From assembly GCA_963716745.1 (NCBI GenBank), contig OY970320.1, positions 896,001 through 960,000 on the forward strand: DNA of 64,000 nucleotides. Reading direction: 5' to 3'. Below are positions 20,187 through 31,030 of this stretch, in pieces. The stretch is from an uncultured Gemmatimonadaceae bacterium. GTDB taxonomy: Bacteria > Gemmatimonadota > Gemmatimonadetes > Gemmatimonadales > Gemmatimonadaceae. Made by a program: the position numbers and the translations under genes. The notes below the pieces were generated by a model. The model made no database searches. It saw nothing but the letters and a program-made list of their open reading frames with translations, and was not told where the DNA came from. Numbering within the stretch: the stretch's first letter is position 1; each line of letters begins with the position of its first letter.

Positions 20187-20774
20187 ATGAATCGCACGCG
20201 CGCCATTGCGGCGGCACTCGTCCTCGGCGCTCCAACAATGCTGTTCGCGCAACAGCCGATGGCGCCCGTGCCCAGCGGCCCAGGCATGGTGATCACGGGA
20301 ACCATGCACACCTCCGCCATGTTATACGGCGGGTGGCTGAAAACAGCCTTCGATTCGATCCCGGCGAGCAAGTTCGGGTTCCGTCCGACGCCGCAACAGC
20401 AGACCATCGGATATATCGCCCAGCATCTCGAGGCCGCGAACTATCTGCTCTGCTCGCGCTTCGGCGGCCTGACGCCGCCGATGACCGCCAGAGATTCACT
20501 CGCGGACACGATCAAGGCTCAGTGGCCGAAGGACACCCTGGTAGCTCGCCTCAAAGCGTCGCTCGAGTTCTGCCATCGCGCGTTCGCGACGGTCAACGAC
20601 GCGAATCTCACCGACTCGATCCCCGCGGGCCCGCCGGGCTCGGGGCGCAAGAGCGTGAGAGTCCGCGCGGTGCAGATCTTCGTGCTCGACCTCGCCGATC
20701 ACTACAGTCAGCTCGCGAATTACATGCGGCTCAATGGAATGGTGCCGCCGTCGTCGTTTCCGCCGCTCAAGTGA
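20187..20774 (+). CDS. Secreted DinB-family protein
   Basis: FRPTP...IGYIAQHL and DHYSQLANYMRLNGMVPPSS. Confidence 0.85.
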   Translation: MNRTRAIAAALVLGAPTMLFAQQPMAPVPSGPGMVITGTMHTSAMLYGGWLKTAFDSIPASKFGFRPTPQQQTIGYIAQHLEAANYLLCSRFGGLTPPMTARDSLADTIKAQWPKDTLVARLKASLEFCHRAFATVNDANLTDSIPAGPPGSGRKSVRVRAVQIFVLDLADHYSQLANYMRLNGMVPPSSFPPLK

Positions 20775-20792
20775 AGAGGCGGGGCTGCTGGT

Positions 20793-20919
20793 ACTGCCGG
20801 GAACCGATTACCGGGAACCGGTGATGGCATGAAACGCATGGCATCACGACTTCGCCCGATGTCGTGATGCCATGTGTTTTCATGCCACACCGGTTCCCGG
20901 AAATCGGTTCCCGGTAGTT
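20793..20919. repeat. Family A hairpin element, copy 7
   Basis: Full palindrome between convergent genes. Confidence 0.95.
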
Positions 20920-20926
20920 GAGTAGT

Positions 20927-21951
20927 TCACCATCCCGCCACTTCGATGATCGCATCCGCGAACGCCTTCGGCGCTTCCTGCGGCAGATCGTGCCCATGCC
21001 GCCGTCGATCACCCTGTGCGCGTACTTGCCGGTGAATTTGTTGGCGTAGGTGCTCGCGTCCCCGTGCGGCGCCCCGTTCGCATCGCCTTCCAGGGTCATG
21101 GTGGGCACGGCGATCGTCGGCAACTTGGCCAGCTGCGCGTCGATCGCGTCGTACTTGGGATCGCCTTGGACCAGCCCGAGCCGCCAGCGGTAATTGTGGA
21201 TCACGATGCGAACATGATCCGGATTGTCGAACAATGCCGCCGTGCGATCGAACGTGGCATCGTCGAATCGCCACTTGGGCGACGCGAGCTGCCAGATGAG
21301 CTTGTTGAAATCGTGCCGGTACTTGTCGTATCCGGCTTGGCCGCGGTCGGTCGCGAAGTAGAACTGATACCACCACTGCAACTCCGCTGCGGGCGGCAGC
21401 GGCACTCTGCCGGATGCTTGACTGCCGATCAGGTAGCCGCTCACGGACACCATCGCCTTGCAGCGTTCGGGCCAAAGTGCCCCGATGATGTTCGCCGTTC
21501 GCGCTCCCCAGTCGAAGCCGCCGATGATCGCCGTCTGGATCTTGAGCGCATCCATCAGCGCGACGATGTCCAGCGCGACCGCCGAGGGTTGTCCAGTGCG
21601 GAACGCGTCGCTCGACTGGAACTTCGTCGTGCCGTATCCACGCAGATACGGCACGATGACCCGGAAACCCGCGGCCGCCAGCAACGGAGTCACATCGTCG
21701 AACGCGTGAATGTCGTACGGCCAGCCGTGCAGCAGGATCACCGCGCGGCCGCCGGCGGGACCGGCTTCCGCGTAGCCCACGTTGAGAACGCCGGCATCGA
21801 TCTGCTTTACGGGGCCGAGTGGCGTGGTCGGGCCGAGAGTCACGCTGCTTCGGCTGCGGGCAAGATCGAACTCGCCAAGCCTTGCGGCGGCGATCGCCGC
21901 AGCCGCCGCTACCAGAAAGTCGCGGCGCGCTTCATCGATCACGTTGGACAT
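20927..21951 (-). CDS. Alpha/beta hydrolase (epoxide hydrolase-like), Tat-like leader; frameshift near 20995
   Basis: LLHGWP, GFDWGA nucleophile elbow; C-terminal GHDLPQEAP in the shifted frame. Confidence 0.9.
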
Positions 21952-22029
21952 GGGGCGCTCAGGAAAAAGAGAGATTCCACGATATGATTCGATCGAGAAT
22001 AAGGCAAGCGTGCTCTCACTAGAAGATCG

Positions 22030-22157
22030 AACTACCGGGAACCGATTGCCGGGAACCGGTGATGCATGACAACGCATGGCATCACGACATCGTGCGAAGT
22101 CGTGATGCCATGCGTTGTCATTCCATACCGGTTCCCGGAAACCGGTTCCCGGCTGTT
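22030..22157. repeat. Family A hairpin element, copy 8
   Basis: Full palindrome between divergent genes. Confidence 0.95.
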
Positions 22158-22214
22158 TGTCCTTAGCGTCGCCTCGCTATACTAATACTCACGGACTTCG
22201 ATCAGGAGTATTCC

Positions 22215-22694
22215 ATGTCGCAATCAGCCAAAGTGGGCGAGCCGGCGCCCGATTTCGAGCTGGCCACCGCGGACGGCAAGCGCATGTCGCTGCGCAGTCT
22301 TCGGGGCAAGCCGGTGATCCTCGTCTTCTATCCGGCCGACTGGAGCCCCGTGTGTGGCGACCAGTTGGCTCTCTACAATGAAGTACTGCCCGAGTTCGAG
22401 CGCTCCGGCGCGCAACTCGTCGGGATTTCTGTAGACAGCATGTGGTGTCATCGCGCGTTCACGGGCGATCGCAAATACCATTTCCCCCTACTCGCGGATT
22501 TCGAGCCCAAGGGTGCGGTCGCCCGGCAGTACGGCGTGTACCATACGAAGGACGGCACGAGCGAGCGCGCGCTCTTCGTGATCGATGCGAACGGCGTGAT
22601 CCGCTGGCGTTACGTGTCGCCGATCGACGTGAATCCCGGCGCCGACGGCATTCTGAAAGCGCTCGACGCACTGACGGCGAAGGTGACGTCATGA
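22215..22694 (+). CDS. Peroxiredoxin (AhpC/TSA family)
   Basis: FYPADWSPVC, GISVDS, ERALFVID. Confidence 0.9.
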   Translation: MSQSAKVGEPAPDFELATADGKRMSLRSLRGKPVILVFYPADWSPVCGDQLALYNEVLPEFERSGAQLVGISVDSMWCHRAFTGDRKYHFPLLADFEPKGAVARQYGVYHTKDGTSERALFVIDANGVIRWRYVSPIDVNPGADGILKALDALTAKVTS

Positions 22695-23239
22695 CCCGAC
22701 GCGCATCGGTGGTGCAGCTCACGGTGCCGGTATCGAAGCGCGATCACCTCATCGGGCCGGACACGGCGCCCGTGACACTGCTCGAGTACGGCGACTACGA
22801 ATGCCCCTACTGCGGCCGTGCGTTCCCGATCGTCCAGGAAGTGCGGAAGCGCCTGGGCGACAAACTACGATTCGCGTTCCGGAATTTCCCGCTCACGCAG
22901 GTGCATCCGCACGCCGAGCACGCGGCCGAGGTGGCCGAAGCGGCGGACGCGCAGGGGAAATTCTGGGCGATGCACGACTGGATCTACACGCACCAGGAGA
23001 CGCTCGAAGATGAAGAGCTGCTGGACGGCGCGCGCGAAGTAGGACTCGACGCCGATCGCGTGGCACGAGAGCTGGCGGACGGCACGCATCGATCACGCGT
23101 GCACGACGATTTCGCGAGCGGCATAAGGAGCGGCGTGAACGGCACGCCCACGTTCTACATCAACGGAGCACGGCACGACGCGGATTATAATTTCGCGACG
23201 CTTATGGGGGCGATAGAGAAGGCTGGGGGAAAGAAATAA
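22691..23239 (+). CDS. DsbA-family thioredoxin-fold protein
   Basis: EYGDYECPYC, FRNFPL..HP, GVNGTPTFYING; ATGA overlap with the peroxiredoxin gene. Confidence 0.92.
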   Translation: MTRRASVVQLTVPVSKRDHLIGPDTAPVTLLEYGDYECPYCGRAFPIVQEVRKRLGDKLRFAFRNFPLTQVHPHAEHAAEVAEAADAQGKFWAMHDWIYTHQETLEDEELLDGAREVGLDADRVARELADGTHRSRVHDDFASGIRSGVNGTPTFYINGARHDADYNFATLMGAIEKAGGKK

Positions 23240-23364
23240 CTACCGGGAACCGATTACCGGGAACCGGTATGGCATGAACACGCATGGCATCACGACTTCG
23301 CCGATGTCGTGATGCCATGCGTTGTCATGCATCACCGGTTCCCGGAAACCGGTTCCCGGTAGTT
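23238..23364. repeat. Family A hairpin element, copy 9
   Basis: Both ends overlap the stop codons of the convergent flanking genes. Confidence 0.95.
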
Positions 23365-25292
23365 CAGGTCCTTTCGATCCTGAAATACGCCGCGTATCTC
23401 TCCCCGAACACATTCACCAGCGGCACGAACGTCATCGGCGTCCCCTGCCCCACCGTGGTGAACTCGAGCGGCTTTCCCGCCACCGGCGAAAGCCAACTCG
23501 CCGGGTCATCGCTCGGCGCTTTGATCGGCGCGGCGTGGATCTCGGGAATGTCCGGATATTCCGGTATCGTGCGCGGCGCCGTGGGTTTCGCGAGAACATT
23601 CTCGGGCGTGAGGTCCTTCTTCCCCATGAGACCCACGAGCACGAGCGGTCCGTACATGATCGCCTGCATCCGGTGATCGTCGGGCATGGGATGCGCGTGC
23701 AGGTGCATGGGCAGCGTCACCTCGAGCGTGTCGCCCGATTTCCATTCGCGATCGACAACGAGCCAACTCGACGGGCCCGCGAACGCGGTGAGCGGTTTGC
23801 CGTTCACTCTCGCGCTTCCGCCGCGCGTCCAGTACGGAACTCGCACGCGCAACGCGAGTCTCACCGGTTTGTCGGCGATCACGGTGAGCGTCGTCGTGTC
23901 CCCGACCGGGAATTTCGTCTCCTGCCGGATCTTCACGCCCTTCGCCGCCCACGTCACTTCGCTCGGCACGAAAAGATTCACCCACACGCCCGAGTCGTCG
24001 TGGAAGTACACGCTGTCGCCGAGCTTCGAGAAATTCTCGACGCCCGTGCCCTGGCAACACCAGAATCCCTGCTCCGGCGTGCCGAATAGTTTCCAGTATC
24101 CGTCGGCGAGCGGCGTGTAGTAGATCTTCTCGCCATTCGCGGGATCCATGGTCGGCATGATCCCGTTCCAGTACGCGCGCTCGTAATAATCCGCATAGCG
24201 CACGTCGGGGCGCCACGTGAACAGGTGCCGCGTGAGCTTCAGCATGTTGTACGAGACGCACGTCTCCTGCGTGTAGCCGCTGAGCGCGCCCGCGAGCTGG
24301 CCGGGCTCGAATTGCCACTCCTCGCCGTTGCTCGTTCCGCCGGTGGCGTACGCGCGGCGCTCGGTCACATCCTCCCAGAAGAACTCACTCATCCCGCGCG
24401 GACGGTCGTCGCCCGTCATCTCGTGCCATCGCGCGGCGCCGAGCACTTTGGGGACGTTCGTGTTCGCGTGCACCGATTTGAGTTCATCGCGCCCAACGGC
24501 CAGCGGCGCTAGGAACGTCTCCTGATCGAAGCGGCTCGCGATCTTCGCATACTTCGCGTCGCCCGTCGCCTGCGCGAGCTCGCGCAGCGCATCATTCATG
24601 CCGCCGTATTCCGTGTTGAGCAGCGCGTGCCACTGCGTGTCCGGAATGGGTTCGGCGTACGCGATCACCCAATCGCCCATCCCTCTCGCCATCGCGAGCG
24701 CCTGCGCGTTGCCGCCCAGCGTGTACGTGTCGACGAGTCCGGCCAGGATCTTGTGATACGTATAGAACGGCGCCCAAACGCGCCGGCGCTCGGCGAGGCG
24801 CTCGAAATATTCTTTCGGGAACGCGCTCAGATACCCGCCGCCGAGCGCGGCTTGGCAGGGCGCGAGCTGCGCGACGATCAGATCGCCGCGCGCTTTGATC
24901 GTGGCGTCGCCCGTCTGCGCCGCCATGAGCGCACACGCGCTCATGTAGTGACCCACGAAGTGACCGCGCAGTTCGTTGTTGGGCGCTTCCCACCCGCCAT
25001 ACGGTTTCGCATCGCTCGCGATGCCGGCATTCACGCGGAACACGTGGAGCAGCCGGTCGGGATCGAGCGCGAGCATGTACTTGCGATTGATCTCCAGCGC
25101 GGTGAGCTGCGGCCCCGGAAGCAATCGCACGTCGTGCAGATCGAACGGCAGCGCCGCGAATGTGATCGGCGCCGCGGCGAACTCGCGGGCAAGACGGGAG
25201 AGGCGCGCGAGATGCGACTCGGCGCTCTGGAGCACCGGAAGCGCCGCACCCGCGATCGCGGCCTTTTCGAAGAATTCTCGACGATTGATCAT
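23364..25292 (-). CDS. Beta-L-arabinofuranosidase-like glycoside hydrolase (GH127/GH146), Tat-exported
   Basis: NRREFF leader; YGGWE...ELRGHFVGHY, EYGGMN, HANT, ETC..YNMLK and FWCC.GTG motifs. Confidence 0.9.
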   Translation of the reverse strand: MINRREFFEKAAIAGAALPVLQSAESHLARLSRLAREFAAAPITFAALPFDLHDVRLLPGPQLTALEINRKYMLALDPDRLLHVFRVNAGIASDAKPYGGWEAPNNELRGHFVGHYMSACALMAAQTGDATIKARGDLIVAQLAPCQAALGGGYLSAFPKEYFERLAERRRVWAPFYTYHKILAGLVDTYTLGGNAQALAMARGMGDWVIAYAEPIPDTQWHALLNTEYGGMNDALRELAQATGDAKYAKIASRFDQETFLAPLAVGRDELKSVHANTNVPKVLGAARWHEMTGDDRPRGMSEFFWEDVTERRAYATGGTSNGEEWQFEPGQLAGALSGYTQETCVSYNMLKLTRHLFTWRPDVRYADYYERAYWNGIMPTMDPANGEKIYYTPLADGYWKLFGTPEQGFWCCQGTGVENFSKLGDSVYFHDDSGVWVNLFVPSEVTWAAKGVKIRQETKFPVGDTTTLTVIADKPVRLALRVRVPYWTRGGSARVNGKPLTAFAGPSSWLVVDREWKSGDTLEVTLPMHLHAHPMPDDHRMQAIMYGPLVLVGLMGKKDLTPENVLAKPTAPRTIPEYPDIPEIHAAPIKAPSDDPASWLSPVAGKPLEFTTVGQGTPMTFVPLVNVFGERYAAYFRIERT

Positions 25293-25336
25293 GACATTCG
25301 ATTTGCGTGAGCGGATGAGTATTTGCAAGGGGGGAG

Positions 25337-25463
25337 AACGGCCGGGAACCGATTACCGGGAACCGGTGATGCATGACAAAGCATGGCATCACGACATCGC
25401 GCGAGTCGTGATGCCATGCGTAGTCATGCCACACCGGTTCCCGGTAACCGGTTCCCGGTCGTT
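25337..25463. repeat. Family A hairpin element, copy 10
   Basis: Full palindrome between divergent genes. Confidence 0.95.
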
Positions 25464-25538
25464 CTGCTCTCGCGCTTCCTGGCCCTCTCAACTAAATATT
25501 CACGTTGTCAGTGGTCTCTCAACTGGGGGCCTAATGTC

Positions 25539-26960
25539 ATGATGATCTCTCGTCGAACTGTGATCCTGGGCGGCCTGGTCCTGTTGGCCGAACGCTACAT
25601 CTCGTGGCCTCTTCGAGGTAACGCGCCCGACGAAGAGTCGACCCTGAACGATGCGGTCGATGCCTATCTGTACGGCTATCCTCTGCTCGTCATGGACACG
25701 ATGCGCCGGCAGCTCACCAACGTTCCTTCCGCTGAGCCAGCTCGTGCGCCCATGGGCCAACTGCGCCGGCTGAGGACCTACCCGGCGGTGAACGACCATT
25801 CCGTTCCGGCGCCCAATGCCGACACTCTTTACACCGACGCGTGGCTCGACCTCCGCAAGGAGCCGATGGTCCTGTCCGTGCCGGACATGGGCGATCGCTA
25901 CTTCATGCTGCCCATGCTGAGCGGCTGGACGAATGTCTTTCATGTGCCCGGCACCAGGACCACGGGCGAAAAATCGCAGACGTACGTGATCTCGGGTCCC
26001 GATTGGTCCGGCGCGCTTCCCGCAGGTGCCATCGAGTACAAATCGCCGACTTCGATCGTTTGGATGCTCGGCCGCATCTATTGCACCGCCACGCCCGAGG
26101 ACTACGCCGCCGTCCACGCGCTGCAAGACAAGATGTCGCTGGTGCCGTTAAGCCAATTCGGCAAAGCGTACACGCCTCCGGTGTCTCCCGTGGATCCCGC
26201 GATCGATATGCGCACGTTGCCGCGCGACCAGGTGAACGCGCTCGGCGTCGACGAGTATTTCAAATATCTGGCGGAGTTGATGAAGACCAATCCGCCGCTG
26301 CCGCAGGACGGGCCGATGATCGCACGCATGGCGAGCATCGGGCTGACGCCCGGGCGCGACTTCGATCCGGCCCCGCTGCGTGCGCTCGGTGCGAGTGCCA
26401 TCAGCGACATCCCGAAGATGGCCATGCAGCGCATGCTGGCGCGTTTCGGACAACTGCAGCATGCGAACGTCAACGGGTGGATCTTCTTCGGCCCGAGCAT
26501 CGCGAGCTGGGGCACCGACTACGAACTGCGGGCCCTGTGCAACTTCTTGGGACCGGGGTGGAATCTCCCCGCCGACGCCGCGTATCCCGCCACCGAGAGG
26601 GGCACCGACGGCAAAGAGTATGATGGCAACGGCAAGTACGTGCTCCGCTTCAAGCGGGGCGAGATGCCGCCGGTGAACGCGTTCTGGTCACTGACCATGT
26701 ACGACAGCGATCGCTTCTTTGTGCCCAACGCGCTGAACCGTTACACCATCAGCCAGCGCGATGAACTCGTCGCCAACGCTGATGGCTCAACGGACATTTA
26801 TCTGCAGGCCGATTCGCCCGGCAAGGACCGAGAGGCCAACTGGCTTCCGGCGCCGAAAGGGAAATTCAGCGTCATGCTGCGATTGTACTGGCCGAAGGAT
26901 AAACCGGTTTCGATCCTGAACGGCACGTGGACGCCGCCGAAGGTGGAAGCGGCGGGCTGA
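25539..26960 (+). CDS. DUF1254/DUF1214 domain protein
   Basis: AYLYGYPL, PNADTLY, PPVNAFWSLTMY, NWLPAP and LRLYWP motifs. Confidence 0.92.
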   Translation: MMISRRTVILGGLVLLAERYISWPLRGNAPDEESTLNDAVDAYLYGYPLLVMDTMRRQLTNVPSAEPARAPMGQLRRLRTYPAVNDHSVPAPNADTLYTDAWLDLRKEPMVLSVPDMGDRYFMLPMLSGWTNVFHVPGTRTTGEKSQTYVISGPDWSGALPAGAIEYKSPTSIVWMLGRIYCTATPEDYAAVHALQDKMSLVPLSQFGKAYTPPVSPVDPAIDMRTLPRDQVNALGVDEYFKYLAELMKTNPPLPQDGPMIARMASIGLTPGRDFDPAPLRALGASAISDIPKMAMQRMLARFGQLQHANVNGWIFFGPSIASWGTDYELRALCNFLGPGWNLPADAAYPATERGTDGKEYDGNGKYVLRFKRGEMPPVNAFWSLTMYDSDRFFVPNALNRYTISQRDELVANADGSTDIYLQADSPGKDREANWLPAPKGKFSVMLRLYWPKDKPVSILNGTWTPPKVEAAG

Positions 26961-26971
26961 CTGCGAGGCAC

Positions 26972-27097
26972 ACGGCCGGGAACCGGTTGCCGGGAACCGG
27001 TGATGCATGACAAAGCATTGCATCACGACATCGCGCGAGTTGTGATGCCATGCGTAGTCATGCCACACCGGTTCCCGGTAACCGGTTCCCGGTAGTT
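26972..27097. repeat. Family A hairpin element, copy 11
   Basis: Full palindrome, very similar to copy 10. Confidence 0.95.
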
Positions 27098-27102
27098 CGC
27101 CT

Positions 27103-29764
27103 CTAAGGCTGCGGCAAGAAGATCGCTCTGGCTCCTTCAGTCTTCATCCCGCCCGCGATGATCACGCGCTCCCCCTCGATCTTGCCGGCCGAAACCAGAT
27201 AATCGAGACAAGCCTTCGCCCGCGCACTGGCCAGTGCGTGCAAGTCGCCCGCCTTCTTGTCCGCGGTCGAGTCCACCGATCCCGCGATCTGGATCTTGAG
27301 CCCCGGATGTTCGTGCATCTCCTTCGCGATCGCGTCCGAGCTTCTTCTTGTCAGCGTCCGTCAGAGCGCGTGGGCTCCGTGCGCGAACTCGACATACGTG
27401 AGATCCTCGTCGCCTCCTCCCTTGCTCAGTCCCAGCAGCGCGAACGGCGACGTCGCGATGCGAATGATCAGGCTCTTGAATTGGTCGTAGACCACTTGCT
27501 CGAGGCGGAAGCTCGGATCGTCCAGATTCCCTTCCACCGGGACCTCGAGCACGATGCGCCCCGACCGGTCGCGCATCACGGTGAACGCGGTCTTCACCGG
27601 GAGCTTGGTGGCGTCGGGGCTGTTCGTCGCATGCGCCCCACTCGAAGCCATTCATCGTGATCTTCGTGTGCGACGTGAGGCGGCGATCGGCCACTCTGTA
27701 CGTGATCGCGAGGCTCAACTTTCCCGCGGCGATCCCGTACCCCACGTGCTTCCCGAAGTACGGGCCGAGCGGCACCATGTCCATCCCCTGCATTCCAACG
27801 GTGAGCTCGCTCCCTTCGCGTTGGTTCAGGAGATTGATGCGCCCTTTCACCGTGAGTGGCGCCGCGTTGTTCACCGCCGCCGTCACTTCGAGCGTGCCCA
27901 CGCCGATCGAGTCGGTGGAGAGTTTTCCGGTGGTGACGTTCAACTTGTTGACGGTCACGGAGAACGGCGGCTTGATCGAACTGTCCGCGACGCCCACGCG
28001 GCCGTTCGTGAGGTTCAGTCCGCCAATGGATATGTGCATCTTCGGCGCGGCGTGCGCCGCGGAGTCCGGCTTGGCGGGAGCGGGCGCACTGTCGGTCGGG
28101 AAGATCAGGCTCGTGCTCGGCGAACCATTCGCGAGCAGCGCGATCTCGACATCCGGCGCATCGAGCGCGATCGCCGCGATGCCGAGTTGGGATTTCCGCT
28201 GCGAGAAATCGATCCCCTTCACGCTGAGCGACGCGAAGGAGACGAACGGACCTTTGACCACCGCGTCCGTCGTCGCGAATTTGTCGACGCGCACATCGCC
28301 GGTGAACACAATGTCCGGCTTCTTCGCGTCCGAAACGTCCATGCGCAGCTTTGCTGTGGCACTCAGCGCGCCATCGCTGATGAGGAGCATCACGCGCGGC
28401 GCGAGATACGCATCGAAGGGCGCGAGTGACATCTTCGACAGAGTGATCGCGAGCTCGCCGCGCTTCTGCCAGATGTTCACCGCGCCCTGGGCACCGAGCG
28501 TGCCGGTGCCCTGCCAGGTGAGCGCGGCGCGGATGCGAGTCGCGGCCGCCGTGTCGCTCGCAATGCCATCCGCCTGCACTGAGAGCCCGGTGATCGCGAA
28601 CTTCGCCGGCCGGCCGGCGGCGGAATCGGTGACGCTCACCGCGAAGCTGTCGAGGGAAACGCGTGACACCGACCAATTCCACGCGGGCGCCGGCTTCGCC
28701 GCTGCCGCCGGCGCGGGAGCGGCCTTCGAGTCGCTCGCAGCCAATTTGCTCAGATTCAGCGTGCCGTTCGCACCGCGCACGACGCTCACTCCACCGCCCC
28801 GCAGATCCACCGCGCTCACGTACGCCGAGTGTTGCAGCGGATCTACGTCGAATGCCAGAGATCTCGAGGCGCCGCAACAGGACAACGCTGTCGGCCATGC
28901 CCGCGGATCATGAGCGCGAGCCGGTCGAGTCGAAGCGTTCCCTCCGTGACGCGAACGATCTCCCGCTTCGGCGTAAGGTCCACCGTGTACTTGGCGCGCA
29001 CGGCGCCGAGTCCGTTCGCGACGTCGAAGCCCACCGCGTTCTCATAGAAAGTCGCCGTACTTGGCGAGCCGAATGCTGTCGAAGGAGAATTCTCCGGTGG
29101 AGCGCACGGGATCGATGGCGAAGCTGCCGGCCAGCGAGAATTTCTCGCCACTCTCGGTGCGCCCGGCGAAGGAGTACTGGTTGTGACTGTCGCTGCGCGT
29201 GGCGAAGTCGCGCAGGTCGATGAACCCGGGCCCGACCGTCGTCGCGAACGGACGCGTTGCCGAGCTGTCGACGAAGGCGACGTGCGCGTCCTCAATGTGC
29301 AGTACGGTTATCGCGAGCACCGGCGGAGGCTTCGGGTTCGGCGGCTCGGGCTCCTTCGGCGCGGCGTTCAGTGAGTCGATGATGTCCGAGATGTTCATCC
29401 GGCCATCCGCGCGGATCGCGATGCGCGCGTACGGTCCCACCAAGCGCACTTCGGCGAAGGTGAATTCGCGCTTGAAAAGCGAAACGAGCTGGAAGTTGAT
29501 GTAGAAGCGGTCGAACGAGAGGAGCGTCGTCGTGTCCCGGTCGGCGACGCGCAGACTGTCCACCGTGAGGGAGAGCGCGAAGGGATTCACGCGCACGCGC
29601 GCGACGGTGACCGTGCGGTGGAGCGTGGCACTGGCCTGCTTCACGAGAATGCCTCTCACGATCCCCGGCGCGACGAAGAAACCGGCGATCGCGTACAGGG
29701 CCAGGAGCACGGCGAGAACAATGAGCACAATGCGCGGCCAGCGGCGCGGTCTTACCTGTGGCAT
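27103..29764 (-). CDS. DUF748-domain envelope protein with OmpA-like C-terminal segment; several frameshifts
   Basis: N-terminal anchor plus VRVNPFALSLTV; LPVK.A..VMRDRSGRI.LEVPVEGNLDDPSF; fragments spread over 4-5 frames. Confidence 0.75.
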
Positions 29765-29806
29765 ATGCCCAAAGTATGAAGGGCGCGGCGGTCGCGCTAT
29801 ACGACA

Positions 29807-29940
29807 AACGGCCGGGAACCGGTTACCGGGAACCGGTGTGGCATGAACACACATGACATCAGGACTTCGCGCACTGTCGTGATGCCATGCGTTGTCATGC
29901 CACACCGGTTCCCGGTAATCGGTTCCCGGCCCTTGCCGTT
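29807..29940. repeat. Family A hairpin element, copy 12
   Basis: Full palindrome between divergent genes. Confidence 0.95.
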
Positions 29941-30007
29941 ACCACAGCGCGCGGCCGTTCACGCGCGTATAGTGTAAGAGCTTCAGCGACAAACCCCAGG
30001 AGAATCC

Positions 30008-30898
30008 ATGATGCCGATCCCCCGCCTCGCGCTGATCGCCGCCCTCGCTGCCGCGCTCGCCGCGTGCGGCAGCACCTCCTCCACGGGGCCAGGCAGCAAC
30101 TTCACCGTCATCGGCGACAGCGCAGTCACCATCGGGCCGCCCGGGGGGAGTCTGACCTACGCCGCCGGCATCAACGATTCGGGAACAGTGGTCGGCGTCG
30201 TGGTGGATGATGTCACGAGCATCCAGTATGGCTGGCTGCTCAAGGGTGGCTTCCTGCAATATCTCACGGCCACCATCCCGAGCTCCGCCAACACCACGCC
30301 GCAGACGATCAACGATAGCGGCAACGTGGCAGGGTTCTTCACGGTCGGCACCGTCGCTCACGCCTTCCTCTTCAATGGCACCGCGTACTCCCAGTTCGAT
30401 TATCCAGCCGCGGCGTCGACGGAGGCCGACGGGATGAACGCGTCCGGCACCATCGTGGGCGCCTACTTCGTGAGCGGGTCCGCGAACGGGCACGCCTTCA
30501 AGTTGAGTGGGGGCACCTTCACCAACATCGAGCCGCCGTCCGTCACCTCGTCGGTGGCACTGGGGATCAATGCGCTGGGCGACGTCGTCGGCGAGTTCAC
30601 CGACAACGCCGGCCAGCATGGGTATGTCTGGCTGCACGGCGCGACTGCCCCCACCGAGATCACGCAGAGCGGCGTCGACCAGATCACGCCCTACTCGATA
30701 AACGATACCGGCACGATCGTCGGAAGCTGCACGGTGTCGGGAGTATCGTACGGGTTCCTCCTCGCGGGCACCACATTCAAGATCATCCAGGCGCCGAGCG
30801 CCTCGTCCACGCAGGCGTACGGCATCAACAATGCCGGGGTGGTGGTGGGAGAGTACACGAACTCGGTGAATTACGCGTTCGAGCTGACGACGCAGTAA
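30008..30898 (+). CDS. Lipoprotein with extracellular HAF-type repeats
   Basis: Lipobox LAAC; six A.GIN..G.VVG...H(A/G)F repeats. Confidence 0.85.
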   Translation: MMPIPRLALIAALAAALAACGSTSSTGPGSNFTVIGDSAVTIGPPGGSLTYAAGINDSGTVVGVVVDDVTSIQYGWLLKGGFLQYLTATIPSSANTTPQTINDSGNVAGFFTVGTVAHAFLFNGTAYSQFDYPAAASTEADGMNASGTIVGAYFVSGSANGHAFKLSGGTFTNIEPPSVTSSVALGINALGDVVGEFTDNAGQHGYVWLHGATAPTEITQSGVDQITPYSINDTGTIVGSCTVSGVSYGFLLAGTTFKIIQAPSASSTQAYGINNAGVVVGEYTNSVNYAFELTTQ

Positions 30899-31030
30899 CT
30901 ACAACGGCCGGGAACCGGTTACCGGGAACCGGTGTGGCATGAACACGCATGACATCACGACATCGCGCAATGTCGTAATGGAATGTGTTGTCATGCATCA
31001 CCGGTTCCCGGTAACCGGTTCCCGGTAGTT
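30897..31030. repeat. Family A hairpin element, copy 13
   Basis: Full palindrome; contains the stop codon of the minus-strand oxidoreductase. Confidence 0.95.

Noticed and set aside
20022..31030. Family A as classical integron attC sites (AAC...GTT ends, stop-codon overlap)
   Set aside because: Genes alternate in orientation and include operons, few ends fit RYYYAAC/GTTRRRY, and no intI is seen; kept only as a loose analogy
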